A DNA stretch of 64,000 bases from assembly GCA_040390125.1 (NCBI GenBank), contig JAZJYZ010000001.1:70428-134427 (forward strand). Reading direction: 5' to 3'. Shown piece after piece: positions 44,440-54,960 of this stretch. The stretch comes from Patescibacteria group bacterium (lineage in GTDB: Bacteria; Patescibacteriota; Minisyncoccia; Phycocordibacterales; Phycocordibacteraceae). How positions within the stretch are numbered: the first letter of the stretch is position 1; the number at the start of each line of letters is the position of its first letter. The position numbers and the translations under genes were made by a program. The notes under the pieces are model-generated. The model was given only the letters and a program-made list of their open reading frames with translations, ran no database searches and had not been told where the DNA came from.

Positions 44440-47400
44440 TTATGTGGTTGGTGGTGGCAGTAGTGTATTGAATTCATCTGAATCTACAAATTGTTGCACA
44501 TCTCTACTCAATGCAACATCAGGTCGCCTACGGAATTCTTGCAGTGTTCTTCTAATATACTGCAGTCCTGTAGTATCACCTCTGCTTTGTGCCTTGCTTA
44601 TGATTGCACGAAGTGCTGACGCCCTTGGTGCTGCAGCTACTGCGTTTGGAATAAATTCATACGGCACCTGAGCCCACTGTTCATCCGTGCGACCCTCCAT
44701 GAATTTGCGGGTACTCTCCAATACTTGCGGGGTAAAGCGTGCTGCGGGGTCGATATTTCTAAAATGATCTTCCCATGTCGTTGGTGTTACTAAGTTACCC
44801 GCAGTAGGAGTGTCTGTGGAGGTGTTTACTAAACTACTTGCTACAGGTTCAGTCCCTGTGTATGTTTGTCCAACTAAACGAGGTGCATCAATGTCACTTT
44901 GGCCTCCTGGCATTCGTGCTTGTGAGCCCGACAGTGACATATTTGCGGATGGTTCCTCGGCATCCTCTGGCTCGCTATCGGCTTCATCAGGTCCTGATAC
45001 GTTTACATCACTATTATTTGGGATGATTTGTGGTTCGTAGATTGGCTCGCTTCTGGTTATTGTTGGGGGTTCTATTGTCTGCCCACCCCCGTCCGGACTA
45101 CTACCTCCCGGGTTATTCCCGTTATCGCCCCCATCATTTCCGTCGTCTGGATCATCATCTTCGTCGTCCCCATCATCACGGTTATCATTCATAGAAGCTT
45201 GTCCAGGTACAAATTCAGTCGTGAATGGGTCAGAAGGTAGATTATTTTTCCCATACCAGTTTCTACGGATTTTGTTGATTTCTGCCAATCGCTCTTCGTT
45301 TGGCCAACCGAATTGTTTTTTGATGTCGGGGTTTGTTAGGGCATTTGCAATGAAGGTGTCGTCGCCGTGCATAAGCATATTTTCCCATACTGCCGTTTTC
45401 TCGGCTTTATCCTGTCCTGAAAAGAGTGCTGTCAATCTGTCCGCATCTTTTACACCGAATACGGTCGAGATAGTGTGCGCCTCTCTTTTACCTAAGAGAC
45501 CCATTTCGAAGTCATTTTTCCCATCATGCCATCCTGGGATACCCGTTGGATCGTTGGGGTCATACCCACCTTCAATCATTTTCATCCTGTCGAAAATGAT
45601 ATTCAAAGGATCTGAACCAACCACTCCTCTAATTGCCTCTGCTTTTTCCTGTGGCGTTTTCTTTCCTACAAGGGCCGCGGCAATTTTTTTGTCATACTCT
45701 TTTCTTGCGTCACGAATTGCTCGCATCCTTTGAGCTTCGTTTTTGATACTGCTGAGTTCTGTTTTTTTGCCGTCCGGTGATGTTAGTGTTAAATTTTTAT
45801 TTAATGTAGCTTCAGCAAAATCTCGATCTCGCTTTGCTATCTTATAAGTGCTTACAGTGACCCCAGACAATTCACCGTCACCGTAGGCCCTCTCGGCACC
45901 CTCATAGAGATCGATTGTCTTTTGTCTATCTGCCATGAGACTTGTTCGACGTTTATAACCTCTCTCGACACCGTCATATTCTACGGTGCCGCCTACCTCT
46001 GGGACCATATTCTTGTTTTTTCCAAGTCCAAGTGCTAGCAAGGCCAAGCTGTATTCGTCACGCATGTCGGTCATCGGTGAGCGTTTCATACTGCCTGCTT
46101 TTCGTTGTTCAGTGGAAGAAAGAAGTTTGTCCCGTTTGATTTCAATTGCTGCGGTACTGCTGGTGCCAAGCCATAACTCCGGCATGGCACGCAGTTGTGC
46201 ACCGGTCAGTGCATCGTGTCCAGTACCAATGTGGTCAGCTTTGATGAGTGCCTTCAGCTCGTCATTTGGGAGGTATTTTGACTGATAGTTGTACGGAACC
46301 AATATGCGCCTACCATACTCCTCGCTACCGCGGATAAGCTTGCCATCCTCTACATCTTTATTTATATCCTTAATCATGCCTACAAACTCACCTGTGCGGA
46401 GTCCCCACATTGCATCTTTGATGTCATGTCTTATGGAATGATCATCTTGGAGTGCTTTAAATTGCGGGGTTGAAAGTAGCGTTGAATACTGAAGAAGTGA
46501 TTTAGGGTCCTTGCGGTATTCACGTTTCAAGAATTCCGGAGAAAACACGTCAACAATACTTTGGGCTTCGCCTCGCAATTCACGTGATTTGAAATGGTTA
46601 TCCAAACGTTCGTAGTAGCCCCAGTCCCCGTTGCTTTCATCGGCTGCGGCACCGTTAACGCCTTTTTTCTTTTTGCCGACCCCTTGTTTGATGCGAAGTG
46701 TAATTTCGTCGTCGTTTTCCAATCTATCGAGACCGGTATCTTTGTCTTTCACCATTATTTTTGCTTTATCAAGACCACCTCGAGCTCGCAATTCTTGCAG
46801 GTTTTCCCACCGCATCTTGCCATTTTTGTCTTTCACTTTCTGAAGGCCAGTACGTGCCAACACCTCCTCGTCGGTCTCCATTTCCCCGTTCTCTTTCCTT
46901 ATTTTGTGATCACGCAGTGCTTGCCTATTCCAAAATTCGTCTTGTGTCTCCACTCTGTCTTTAGAGAGTTTTTGTCCGGTCGTTGGGTCTATCTCCCCTT
47001 TCTTAAGTGTTTTTGGTTTGAAGCCGTCATTGAATTCTCTCTGGAAGTTTCTTTGTGCTTTTTCTAGAGCTGGACGTTTATCTGCGAGTTCTTTTTTTCT
47101 CTCCTCGTCCTTTTTAATTTCGTCTATGGCGATTTCACGAGCTTCTCTTTCTTTTTTTACAGTTTCATAACCTTTGAATCCTTCGTGTTTTTTGCCGTCT
47201 GCGTCGGTGTAGGCGCCGAACTTTTTGTCTGCAAGTTTATCCAAAACCTGAGCTTTTATAACTCGATCAGCACCTGTTCTCATAAGAAATTTTCCAAGGC
47301 GTGTCTCTTTTGCTATGTATTCGTCAAATTTATATGTAGCTCTTTCAGCCACTCTCCCCACAGTATTTCGTGCTGCAACAGCTCCAATCCAACTGGTAAG

Positions 47401-48642
47401 GCCAATGTAACCGTTTGGCATCCAGTTGGTCCATTTACCCGCAGCCTTGTATACATCGCCGAGCCTTTTTGCTTGTTCACTTAAGCCTTTCGCCATTGTA
47501 AGCGACTGTTGCATAAAAACAGTCGCCACTATGAATGTCAGCATGGTGCCAAGAAGCGCCTCGAGCCCAACTGCATTCACGCTAAAGAGTGCCCCCTTAG
47601 AGCCTTCTAGAATGGTGAGTGAAATACCTACAAGAAGAAAATATACCGGGGCAAAAAATGACTGACTGAAAATATCTTCCCACCACTCCTTTGCGTATTT
47701 GTTGACACGAGGTATCGCCATTGCCGCTATGCCAACGGGCGAGGTGATTATCAAAAACACCAGTGCAACGAAGCGTCCCACGAGCAGGCCTATGACTGAT
47801 AAAAAGAGGAAAATGGTTGTACTTTCAAAACCTATGAGGAAAATATTAAAGACGAGATGGTCGAGAGTGCTTAAAACAGTGAGACCGGTGGTATTGAATA
47901 TGCCCTGCTCGGGAGAGCGGAGCTTTTGATAATCTGCAATCTGCATAAATCTGCTGGCGATGTTGCACTTGAAGAATGTTTTATCTACACATGATTCCGT
48001 GGTGATGACACTTTCATATATTTTCGTTGCAACAAAATTTGATGAATCAATGATGGCTCCGGCAAAGAAGTAGCTGAAATTGATGAGGAGTGCTCCAATG
48101 ATGAGGCGCACAAGCCACTTTTGTACGTTTATATTAGGCAGATGGAGGATCGTCCCGATGGCGGTAGCGATGAGTCCGCCAATGATGCCGATGTTTGCGA
48201 GGTCGCGCATTATCCCCCACGCAATGCGTACCCCCACAGCGTCTGAAGAAGTGACGAAACGCCCCATCTGTACGACTGTGGTATTTACAACGAAGTTCAT
48301 AAGTGAACCCACAAAAGCCAGGACGATACTCATTACTATGAGTATGATTTCGGTAAGTTGAACTAGTCCTTTTAGAAGATTGTCAAAAGGTTGCAGAAGC
48401 GTGTTTGCGATAACCATTTTTGCTCCAGAAGCAAACTTCTCCACTCCACTAGGAGAATCGTCCGAAGATGTGGGTTCCGCTGTGGTGGCAGCCGCAGAAG
48501 GTGTTGCAGGAGCTGGAGTCGTTGCTGAGGCAGGTGCAGTAGTTGCAGGAGGAGGTACAACTGTTGCCGAAAGAGCACTGAGAGGCAGGGCTCCTGCAGT
48601 AAGGAAAACGAGAACTCCAAAAAGTATTAGGAGTTTTTTCAT
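44440..48642 (-). CDS. Very large VirB6/TrbL-like membrane protein
   Basis: Signal peptide; WGIMRDLAN, LLINFS, IIDSSN, multi-TM core, W..SF.AP; long charged C-terminus. Confidence 0.75.
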   Translation of the reverse strand: MKKLLILFGVLVFLTAGALPLSALSATVVPPPATTAPASATTPAPATPSAAATTAEPTSSDDSPSGVEKFASGAKMVIANTLLQPFDNLLKGLVQLTEIILIVMSIVLAFVGSLMNFVVNTTVVQMGRFVTSSDAVGVRIAWGIMRDLANIGIIGGLIATAIGTILHLPNINVQKWLVRLIIGALLINFSYFFAGAIIDSSNFVATKIYESVITTESCVDKTFFKCNIASRFMQIADYQKLRSPEQGIFNTTGLTVLSTLDHLVFNIFLIGFESTTIFLFLSVIGLLVGRFVALVFLIITSPVGIAAMAIPRVNKYAKEWWEDIFSQSFFAPVYFLLVGISLTILEGSKGALFSVNAVGLEALLGTMLTFIVATVFMQQSLTMAKGLSEQAKRLGDVYKAAGKWTNWMPNGYIGLTSWIGAVAARNTVGRVAERATYKFDEYIAKETRLGKFLMRTGADRVIKAQVLDKLADKKFGAYTDADGKKHEGFKGYETVKKEREAREIAIDEIKKDEERKKELADKRPALEKAQRNFQREFNDGFKPKTLKKGEIDPTTGQKLSKDRVETQDEFWNRQALRDHKIRKENGEMETDEEVLARTGLQKVKDKNGKMRWENLQELRARGGLDKAKIMVKDKDTGLDRLENDDEITLRIKQGVGKKKKGVNGAAADESNGDWGYYERLDNHFKSRELRGEAQSIVDVFSPEFLKREYRKDPKSLLQYSTLLSTPQFKALQDDHSIRHDIKDAMWGLRTGEFVGMIKDINKDVEDGKLIRGSEEYGRRILVPYNYQSKYLPNDELKALIKADHIGTGHDALTGAQLRAMPELWLGTSSTAAIEIKRDKLLSSTEQRKAGSMKRSPMTDMRDEYSLALLALGLGKNKNMVPEVGGTVEYDGVERGYKRRTSLMADRQKTIDLYEGAERAYGDGELSGVTVSTYKIAKRDRDFAEATLNKNLTLTSPDGKKTELSSIKNEAQRMRAIRDARKEYDKKIAAALVGKKTPQEKAEAIRGVVGSDPLNIIFDRMKMIEGGYDPNDPTGIPGWHDGKNDFEMGLLGKREAHTISTVFGVKDADRLTALFSGQDKAEKTAVWENMLMHGDDTFIANALTNPDIKKQFGWPNEERLAEINKIRRNWYGKNNLPSDPFTTEFVPGQASMNDNRDDGDDEDDDPDDGNDGGDNGNNPGGSSPDGGGQTIEPPTITRSEPIYEPQIIPNNSDVNVSGPDEADSEPEDAEEPSANMSLSGSQARMPGGQSDIDAPRLVGQTYTGTEPVASSLVNTSTDTPTAGNLVTPTTWEDHFRNIDPAARFTPQVLESTRKFMEGRTDEQWAQVPYEFIPNAVAAAPRASALRAIISKAQSRGDTTGLQYIRRTLQEFRRRPDVALSRDVQQFVDSDEFNTLLPPPTT

Positions 48643-48644
48643 GC

Positions 48645-50504
48645 CTAATAGTTCTTGCATTGATTCAGCTCTGTGTTTGCATCCTCAGTCATACCATCCA
48701 AGAGTGTTTTTGATGCGTCGCGGTCGTTGGTAAGCTGTGCCAAGTCATTTTCAGTGTGGAGAGTGCTGTACGAGCGAAGGCCATTAAACGCATCCGAAAG
48801 TGCATTAATTTCAGTGGCAGTCGTTGCACCTGCAACTTGCTCTTGCAGAGCTTCAAGTGATGCGACTGTCCCTTCTGAGTCATCAAGTGCATTCGATTCT
48901 ATCTGTATCTGGGGCTCTATAACAGTGAGAATTGTTGATGATGCCTGGTTCATCTTTAGTGTTGCACCAGAAAGATCAATACTTGTTGTCCCTCCTCTGG
49001 TGACGAGCGTTTTGTAGCAAGCCTGCACTTCGCTATATGTGTCTTTCGTGTTTTCCAAGTTCCACAGCATGTCGGCAAGGGTCACTTGATATGCGTACTC
49101 AACTTCGAGTGCATTGTTTACGCTGTTTCGAAGGCTCGTTTTCGCTGGTGTGATTGCAGAATTCTGACTCGTGCCTGCAACGGTGTCGAGATATGAGCCT
49201 TTTCCTGTAGAGCTTTTTTCTGAGAGCCCCACCAAGCCTGTTAGGCTCGTGAGAACCTGCTGGCCGATTTGTGCAAACAGAGGATCAACCAACTGGCCAA
49301 TTTGCGTTGCACGTGCCTGCTGGTCGTACCCAGCATTCACTGCTCTTTGTACTACGCTGTTGTTAATTGAGCTTGGACTTTTGATTATGAAATGTTCACA
49401 CTGGTTCAAAGGCTTTCCTTCCCCGCCTTCATCGTTGCACGTAATGGCAGGGTAGATGTCTGATGTTTTTGTTATTTCTTCTTGTACTGCTAACCTATTT
49501 GCTGTGCGTGTGTACAGCAGCGAGTTTGCAGCAGAATACGCACCGAGATCTGTGCACTGCGGATTGTATGCCATAATATCTGCAAAGTTTTCAAACGTAG
49601 TGAAATGTTTTAGGTCTACATTTTCGATTGGGCATTTCAGTGCATTTTTATTTTCAGCTTTATTTATTTCATCGAGGTATTGTTGCACTTTGTGTGGGTT
49701 GTTGACTCCACTTTCAGGCAGTTCATTTATCAGGTTTGTAAATACTGTGTTTGTCAAAGAAGCAATATCATCTCCGGGGTTTTGAGAATACCCTGGTGTG
49801 CCACCGTTTCCAGTGTTTAATTGGTTTAAGACATTCTTACTATTTTCAGCTGCGAATTGCTGGCTTACTTTACTCACCAATACGTTTTGAACGCACGTTA
49901 CTTCAAGTTGAGTGTCTTGATCGGCTTGTATCTTTTGGGTGTTTCCTTGAATTTTTTGCGTGGTGCTTCTCACTTGACTGTCGTTTACCGGAACACCCCC
50001 TAAAAACCCGCTTACAAGCCCTAAAGGTCCACTTGTAAGAGCACTTAATCCTCCACCACTAATAAGACTAGTGACAGAACTACCAATATTGCCAAGCCCG
50101 TTGCCGCTTAACAGATTTCCAGCAATATTTCCCAAAGATGAGCTTATGCTTCCACCACTACCACCAAGTAGACTAGAAATGATTTGACCGGTTTGACTAC
50201 CTCCGGTAATTGCACTAATTACCCCGCCGGTATTTCCGCTTCGAAGGCTACTGAGTGCAGAGCTCCAGTTAGCGTCTTTCACTAGGTCTTTAAAGGCAGA
50301 GCTTATTCCTCCAAGGGAACCCGATGATTTCGAATTACAATTTGCAAGTGCAGAATGAGATGAAGTATCAAGCTCTACATCCGTTGGTGCACCTGGGAGG
50401 AGATCAACATTATTTTGAACAGTTTCTGCTTGTATCACTTCCTCTGCGACCGCAGACATTGGCACAAGAGCAATTACCAGAATCATGGCTAAAATTTTTT
50501 TCAT
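48645..50504 (-). CDS. Secreted hypothetical protein (Gly/Ser-rich segment, helical C-terminus)
   Basis: Signal peptide MKKILAMILVIALVPMSAVA; coupled to neighbouring ORFs. Confidence 0.8.
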   Translation of the reverse strand: MKKILAMILVIALVPMSAVAEEVIQAETVQNNVDLLPGAPTDVELDTSSHSALANCNSKSSGSLGGISSAFKDLVKDANWSSALSSLRSGNTGGVISAITGGSQTGQIISSLLGGSGGSISSSLGNIAGNLLSGNGLGNIGSSVTSLISGGGLSALTSGPLGLVSGFLGGVPVNDSQVRSTTQKIQGNTQKIQADQDTQLEVTCVQNVLVSKVSQQFAAENSKNVLNQLNTGNGGTPGYSQNPGDDIASLTNTVFTNLINELPESGVNNPHKVQQYLDEINKAENKNALKCPIENVDLKHFTTFENFADIMAYNPQCTDLGAYSAANSLLYTRTANRLAVQEEITKTSDIYPAITCNDEGGEGKPLNQCEHFIIKSPSSINNSVVQRAVNAGYDQQARATQIGQLVDPLFAQIGQQVLTSLTGLVGLSEKSSTGKGSYLDTVAGTSQNSAITPAKTSLRNSVNNALEVEYAYQVTLADMLWNLENTKDTYSEVQACYKTLVTRGGTTSIDLSGATLKMNQASSTILTVIEPQIQIESNALDDSEGTVASLEALQEQVAGATTATEINALSDAFNGLRSYSTLHTENDLAQLTNDRDASKTLLDGMTEDANTELNQCKNY

Positions 50505-51253
50505 GTTTTCTTTTGGAGCGTTACGATTGCGACCGCAAGAGTATCCATGCTGTTGGTCACGTACACTTGTGCTTTGTTAAATGTGTCCACATCGGTGAGT
50601 GCTTGTATTGGATCGCCTTTCCAATTTGCCATGTTCTCAACGGCTTTTGCTAGGGCCCCAACGCTTTTTACTGCTTCGAGATGTTGTGGTGCAAGTTTTA
50701 CGGGAACCTCCATTACAAGGAGTGATGCGGCAATTCTCTTATAGAGTTCTGCCGTCTCTTGCAGTGCAGGTGTTCCGTGTATGTTGCCCGCCGTGACGCT
50801 TTCTGTGAATACGGCAACTTCATATTTTTTTACCAAAGAAGCCTGACTCATAATGACGGCAAATAGTTTGACGTAGACATCTAAAGACGCTGTGTTGCTT
50901 GCATTCAAGTCAGCGAGGTTGATGATTGGGACTATCGCAGGAGTGGTGATGTGTCGCTTTGCCAAGTCTGCCAGCATTGCGTCTCTTTCAAGGGCCGTAA
51001 ATGTGCCACTTTGAGCGAGGTCAAGGTAGTTGTTATACAAATCCGTAGAAAGCGACTCGGATGTATTGAGATTAGAAGAAGCGTTTAAGGCAGTGCTCGA
51101 CACTTTTTGCCAATCCCCCAAATTTCCTTCTCCGAGGCGTGAGGCGTCTTTTGCAGGTTGGTTTTGAAAGTAATAGAAAGAAGCACCGCCTATCATAAGT
51201 AGCGCAAATATCACTGCCAAAAAAGACCCACCCCATTTTTTTCGGGTTTCCAT
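50501..51253 (-). CDS. Membrane-anchored hypothetical protein
   Basis: Start placed at METRKK (51253); N-terminal TM. Confidence 0.75.
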   Translation of the reverse strand: METRKKWGGSFLAVIFALLMIGGASFYYFQNQPAKDASRLGEGNLGDWQKVSSTALNASSNLNTSESLSTDLYNNYLDLAQSGTFTALERDAMLADLAKRHITTPAIVPIINLADLNASNTASLDVYVKLFAVIMSQASLVKKYEVAVFTESVTAGNIHGTPALQETAELYKRIAASLLVMEVPVKLAPQHLEAVKSVGALAKAVENMANWKGDPIQALTDVDTFNKAQVYVTNSMDTLAVAIVTLQKKT

Positions 51254-51273
51254 TCTACCCTCAAGTATAACCC

Positions 51274-51305
51274 CACGTATAAAGGACGCTTGTCCTTTAT
51301 ACGTG
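51274..51305. repeat. Perfect 14-bp inverted repeat in a divergent promoter region
   Basis: CACGTATAAAGGAC-gctt-GTCCTTTATACGTG. Confidence 0.85.
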
Positions 51306-51338
51306 TGCGTGGGGATTAGGACGGGATATAGTGTACGT

Positions 51339-52223
51339 ATGATTTCACTCCGCACGAATCTAAAAACTCACCGCAGTTTCACCGCCGTTCTTTTTTTGCT
51401 CGCACTTATAGTGATACCCGTTTCTGCACTGGCAATCAGTCAAGCACCAGTGAAACAAGGCTCTTTCGGAGGCACGGTACTTCAAATTCTTCCGTGCACC
51501 AACATTTCTGGCTCTCTCATAATGGTTTCTCCCTCTGGTTTTCAGTTTGTACACCGTACCAATGTCCCAAAATTACCTTTTTTAGGGAAAATGCCAACTC
51601 TTGGACAAGAGGTTGGGGGTGTATTGCTCCCCTCTTTTGTTGAATGCACTGTGGTAGAGGCGGGTGAGTCAAAGACTTTCTTAAAACAACCTGCTCTTTA
51701 CTACTCTGCCAAGCGATCTAGCAATACAGCTACCCCACCATCTCAAGGGTCGTCCTCGGGTTCTGGCAGTTCGTTTTCATCAAGTAACCTTTCATCACTA
51801 TTCAACACGCTCAAAAACCCACTTTCCTCTCTGTTTTCTAATGGAGCTGGAAGTTTACTCTCCAATGGCATGGCGAATGTTGGTGCCCATAGTGTGCTCA
51901 CGTCCTCCGCCAGTGGCGTCGCTGCCACAAATGCTGTGGCGGGAGGATCGGGAATTACTTTGATACCGTTTGGCGGGATAGTGCTGAGTCCTCCTGTTCC
52001 TTGCACCACCCCGCCGGGGGCATATATGGTAGTTCTTGGGCCACCGAGCCCAGGTAGTTACATGTACGTTCCTGTAGTTACAAAAAGTTATTTGTACGGA
52101 CCTCCAGTTATTCCCGGTCAATGGGTTTTGGGACAAGCGGTGCCTGGGGTGTGCGTGGTAGGTACTGTACCAACTCCGGTCATGTTAATAATGACTCACG
52201 GCACAAGCCTTTTGCCAATATAA
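51339..52223 (+). CDS. Secreted protein with a duplicated FGG..PCT domain
   Basis: Signal peptide; SFGGTVLQILPCT and PFGGIVLSPPVPCT separated by a Ser-rich linker. Confidence 0.7.
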   Translation: MISLRTNLKTHRSFTAVLFLLALIVIPVSALAISQAPVKQGSFGGTVLQILPCTNISGSLIMVSPSGFQFVHRTNVPKLPFLGKMPTLGQEVGGVLLPSFVECTVVEAGESKTFLKQPALYYSAKRSSNTATPPSQGSSSGSGSSFSSSNLSSLFNTLKNPLSSLFSNGAGSLLSNGMANVGAHSVLTSSASGVAATNAVAGGSGITLIPFGGIVLSPPVPCTTPPGAYMVVLGPPSPGSYMYVPVVTKSYLYGPPVIPGQWVLGQAVPGVCVVGTVPTPVMLIMTHGTSLLPI

Positions 52224-52232
52224 TTTCTCTCT

Positions 52233-53048
52233 TTATTTATTACTCGACAGTGCCTCGGTGATTTTGAGCCACATATCCAAGGGCACATCTTCTGCACGGG
52301 TGTTCTTTGTAAGTTGAAATCTCTCCCACGCTAGTTCAATAGGTACCGCAGGAAATGCTTTTTTCAAATTCCCCAACAGCGTTTTTCTCTTTTGTGCAAA
52401 GCCTGCTTTCAGGATTGAAAAAAAACGTTCCTCAGAAATAGTTTTAAAATTTTTCCCTGAAATTTCAGTGATTGCAAGAATTGCCGAATCCACAGACGGT
52501 GGTGGATTAAAGCTCCCTCTCGAAACGGTCTTCACATATTTGGGAGTACCGTACACTTTTACTGACAGCGAAAGAATACTTTCTTTTTTGTTTCTTGCGA
52601 TTCTTTCGGCAACTTCTTTTTGAACGAGGAACGCTAATGCGACCGGTTTATTTTTTGCAGAGAGTGCACTTCGCACGAGCTCTCCCGTGATGTAGTACGG
52701 AATGTTAGCAGCAATCTTGTATTCGCCTTTAGGAAAAAGTGTGTCGGGCGTGAGTTCCCTCGCATCCCCTTCGTAAATCGTAAATCGTAACTCTTTAATC
52801 TCAAGTGCGAATCTTTCACGAAGCACTTCAATCATTCCCGGATCTTTTTCAACTGCACTCACCTCTGCCCCAAGTGCCAAAATTTCTTTTGTGAGCATTC
52901 CTTTGCCCGGCCCTATCTCCAGTACTCGGTCTCCTTTTTGAATAGTTGCAGCAAGAGCTACCGCTTTTGCGATTCCAACATTGGTAAGCAAATGTTGCCC
53001 GAGCTTTGCTCCTGGGCGTTTTTTATGTGATCGAGGGGATTTCATCAC
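52233..53048 (-). CDS. rsmA: 16S rRNA dimethyladenosine transferase
   Basis: LGQHLL, LEIGPGKG, ANIPYYIT, QKEVAER, PPPSVDS. Confidence 0.96.
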   Translation of the reverse strand: MMKSPRSHKKRPGAKLGQHLLTNVGIAKAVALAATIQKGDRVLEIGPGKGMLTKEILALGAEVSAVEKDPGMIEVLRERFALEIKELRFTIYEGDARELTPDTLFPKGEYKIAANIPYYITGELVRSALSAKNKPVALAFLVQKEVAERIARNKKESILSLSVKVYGTPKYVKTVSRGSFNPPPSVDSAILAITEISGKNFKTISEERFFSILKAGFAQKRKTLLGNLKKAFPAVPIELAWERFQLTKNTRAEDVPLDMWLKITEALSSNK

Positions 53049-54960
53049 TCCAAAAAGGAAAGGTTATCATCATTTTAAGATCGGGGTCGAGTTCGCTCAT
53101 AAATACTGAAGGAGTGTTCTCTGAACGTGTGCCAAATATTCGACGTGTTTGTGCGTATGTTGCGTACACAAGCTTTCTGGCTCGAGTGAGTGCAACGTAG
53201 AAAAGTCGTCGCTCTTCCTCAGTGTCGACGTCGTCAGAGCCGTCTCGCTCATGTGGGAAAAGTCCCTCTTCAAGGCCTGTAATAAAGACCGTATCAAATT
53301 CAAGACCTTTTGCGGCGTGTATGGTCATAAGTTTTACCCCCGACTTTTCTTCTTTCAGTTCATCTTGATCTGACTGGAGTACCGCTTCTTCTATAAGTCG
53401 TTCAATGCCAGCCCCTCCCACAAGCTCGTCATATTTTGTGGCGACGGTAATCAATTCTTTCAGGTTTTCCAAACGTTCTTTATCTTCTGCATCGCCGTGC
53501 TCGTACATATGCCACATCCCGCTCTCTTTAATGGCATATAAAACAGCGTCAGAAGTTTTTTTGTCGTTGATAGCTTTTTCTATTCGCTCTAATGTTTGGC
53601 GAAACAGATATATTTTTTCTTGAGTTTTTGCTGGGAGCGTATGCTCGGTGTGATTGATTATTTTTGCAAGACTAACTTTCCCGATACCGCGAGACGGTGT
53701 GGCGATAGCTCGCATCATGTCCCCTGCTGAATCGGGGTTGAGTGCGGCACGAATATAGGAAAGCGTGTCTTTGATTTCTTTTCGCTCAAAAAATCGAGTT
53801 CCGAGAACCTGATAGACAACTCCAGCTTTCAAATACGCTTCTTCGAGTACTCTCGATTGGAAGTTTGCTCGATACAAGACTGCAATGTTGTCAGGTTTTT
53901 CTCCTCTTTCAATCAGTCCTTTTGATTCGTTAGCCACGAAGCGTGCTTCCTGAACTTCGTCACTGAACGCACCTATTTTTATTTTTTCTCCATCTTCGTT
54001 TTTTGTGTGCAATTCTTTTTCACGGCGGTTAACATTTTTTGCAATTGCATCGTTTGCAGCGGTCAAAATAGTTTTGGTGGAGCGATAATTTTCTGTGAGC
54101 AAGATTATCTCGGCGTTTGGGAATGCAGTTTCAAAATTCATAATGTGTTCGATGGAAGCTCCTCTCCACGAGTAGATATTTTGATCCACGTCACCAACGG
54201 CAGCAATGTTGCCATGACGCTCGGCAAGGATTTTTACAATCTCATATTGAACCCGATTGGTATCCTGATATTCGTCAACGTGTACGTAGTCCCATGCGTT
54301 TTGGAAATGTTCCCGAGCAGGTGCATGGTTTTCAAGGAGCCAGTGTGCGGTAAGAAGTATGTCGTCAAAATCGAGTGCCTTCTCTTTTTTTAATAGTGCT
54401 TCGTATCGCCCCCACACTTCAGCTATCGCTTCATCTATATACGAGGAAGCATGTTCATTTTGAAATTCCTTTTGGCCTATGGCGTCCCCCTTCTTTCTTC
54501 CAATGACAGAAATCACCCGGCGTGGTTCTAGTTGTTTCGGGTCAAAACCAGCTAGAGTAATTGCCTCTCGCATGGCACGCATTGAGTCTGAGCGGTCGTA
54601 AATGGTAAACCGTGCTGGCAGTCCTACTGCCCCATGAAAAGCTTTGATTATTTCTAGAGAAAGTCGATGAAATGTACCGATGAATGGAGCGTGGCGAGGC
54701 TTGTCGTATGGAGAAAGGGTAAGGTCAGTCTTTATCAGGTGCTCAACTCGCTCTTTCATCTCCCGGGCCGCTTTATTGGTGAAGGTAACTGCAAGTATCC
54801 TCTCAGGGGGCACACCGTGCCGAATAATTTCCGCAATACGGTGGACTATAACTCGGGTTTTACCTGCCCCAGCACCTGCCAATATAAGGAGGGGGCCTTC
54901 TAGATGAGTAACTGCCTTTTTCTGGGCTTCGTTGAGGTGCTTGAGGTGATCCATCCCCAT
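53023..54960 (-). CDS. pcrA: ATP-dependent DNA helicase PcrA/UvrD
   Basis: AGAGAGKT, VDEYQD, NYRS, TIHAAKGLEF, EERRLFYVALTRA. Confidence 0.93.
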   Translation of the reverse strand: MGMDHLKHLNEAQKKAVTHLEGPLLILAGAGAGKTRVIVHRIAEIIRHGVPPERILAVTFTNKAAREMKERVEHLIKTDLTLSPYDKPRHAPFIGTFHRLSLEIIKAFHGAVGLPARFTIYDRSDSMRAMREAITLAGFDPKQLEPRRVISVIGRKKGDAIGQKEFQNEHASSYIDEAIAEVWGRYEALLKKEKALDFDDILLTAHWLLENHAPAREHFQNAWDYVHVDEYQDTNRVQYEIVKILAERHGNIAAVGDVDQNIYSWRGASIEHIMNFETAFPNAEIILLTENYRSTKTILTAANDAIAKNVNRREKELHTKNEDGEKIKIGAFSDEVQEARFVANESKGLIERGEKPDNIAVLYRANFQSRVLEEAYLKAGVVYQVLGTRFFERKEIKDTLSYIRAALNPDSAGDMMRAIATPSRGIGKVSLAKIINHTEHTLPAKTQEKIYLFRQTLERIEKAINDKKTSDAVLYAIKESGMWHMYEHGDAEDKERLENLKELITVATKYDELVGGAGIERLIEEAVLQSDQDELKEEKSGVKLMTIHAAKGLEFDTVFITGLEEGLFPHERDGSDDVDTEEERRLFYVALTRARKLVYATYAQTRRIFGTRSENTPSVFMSELDPDLKMMITFPFWSDEIPSIT

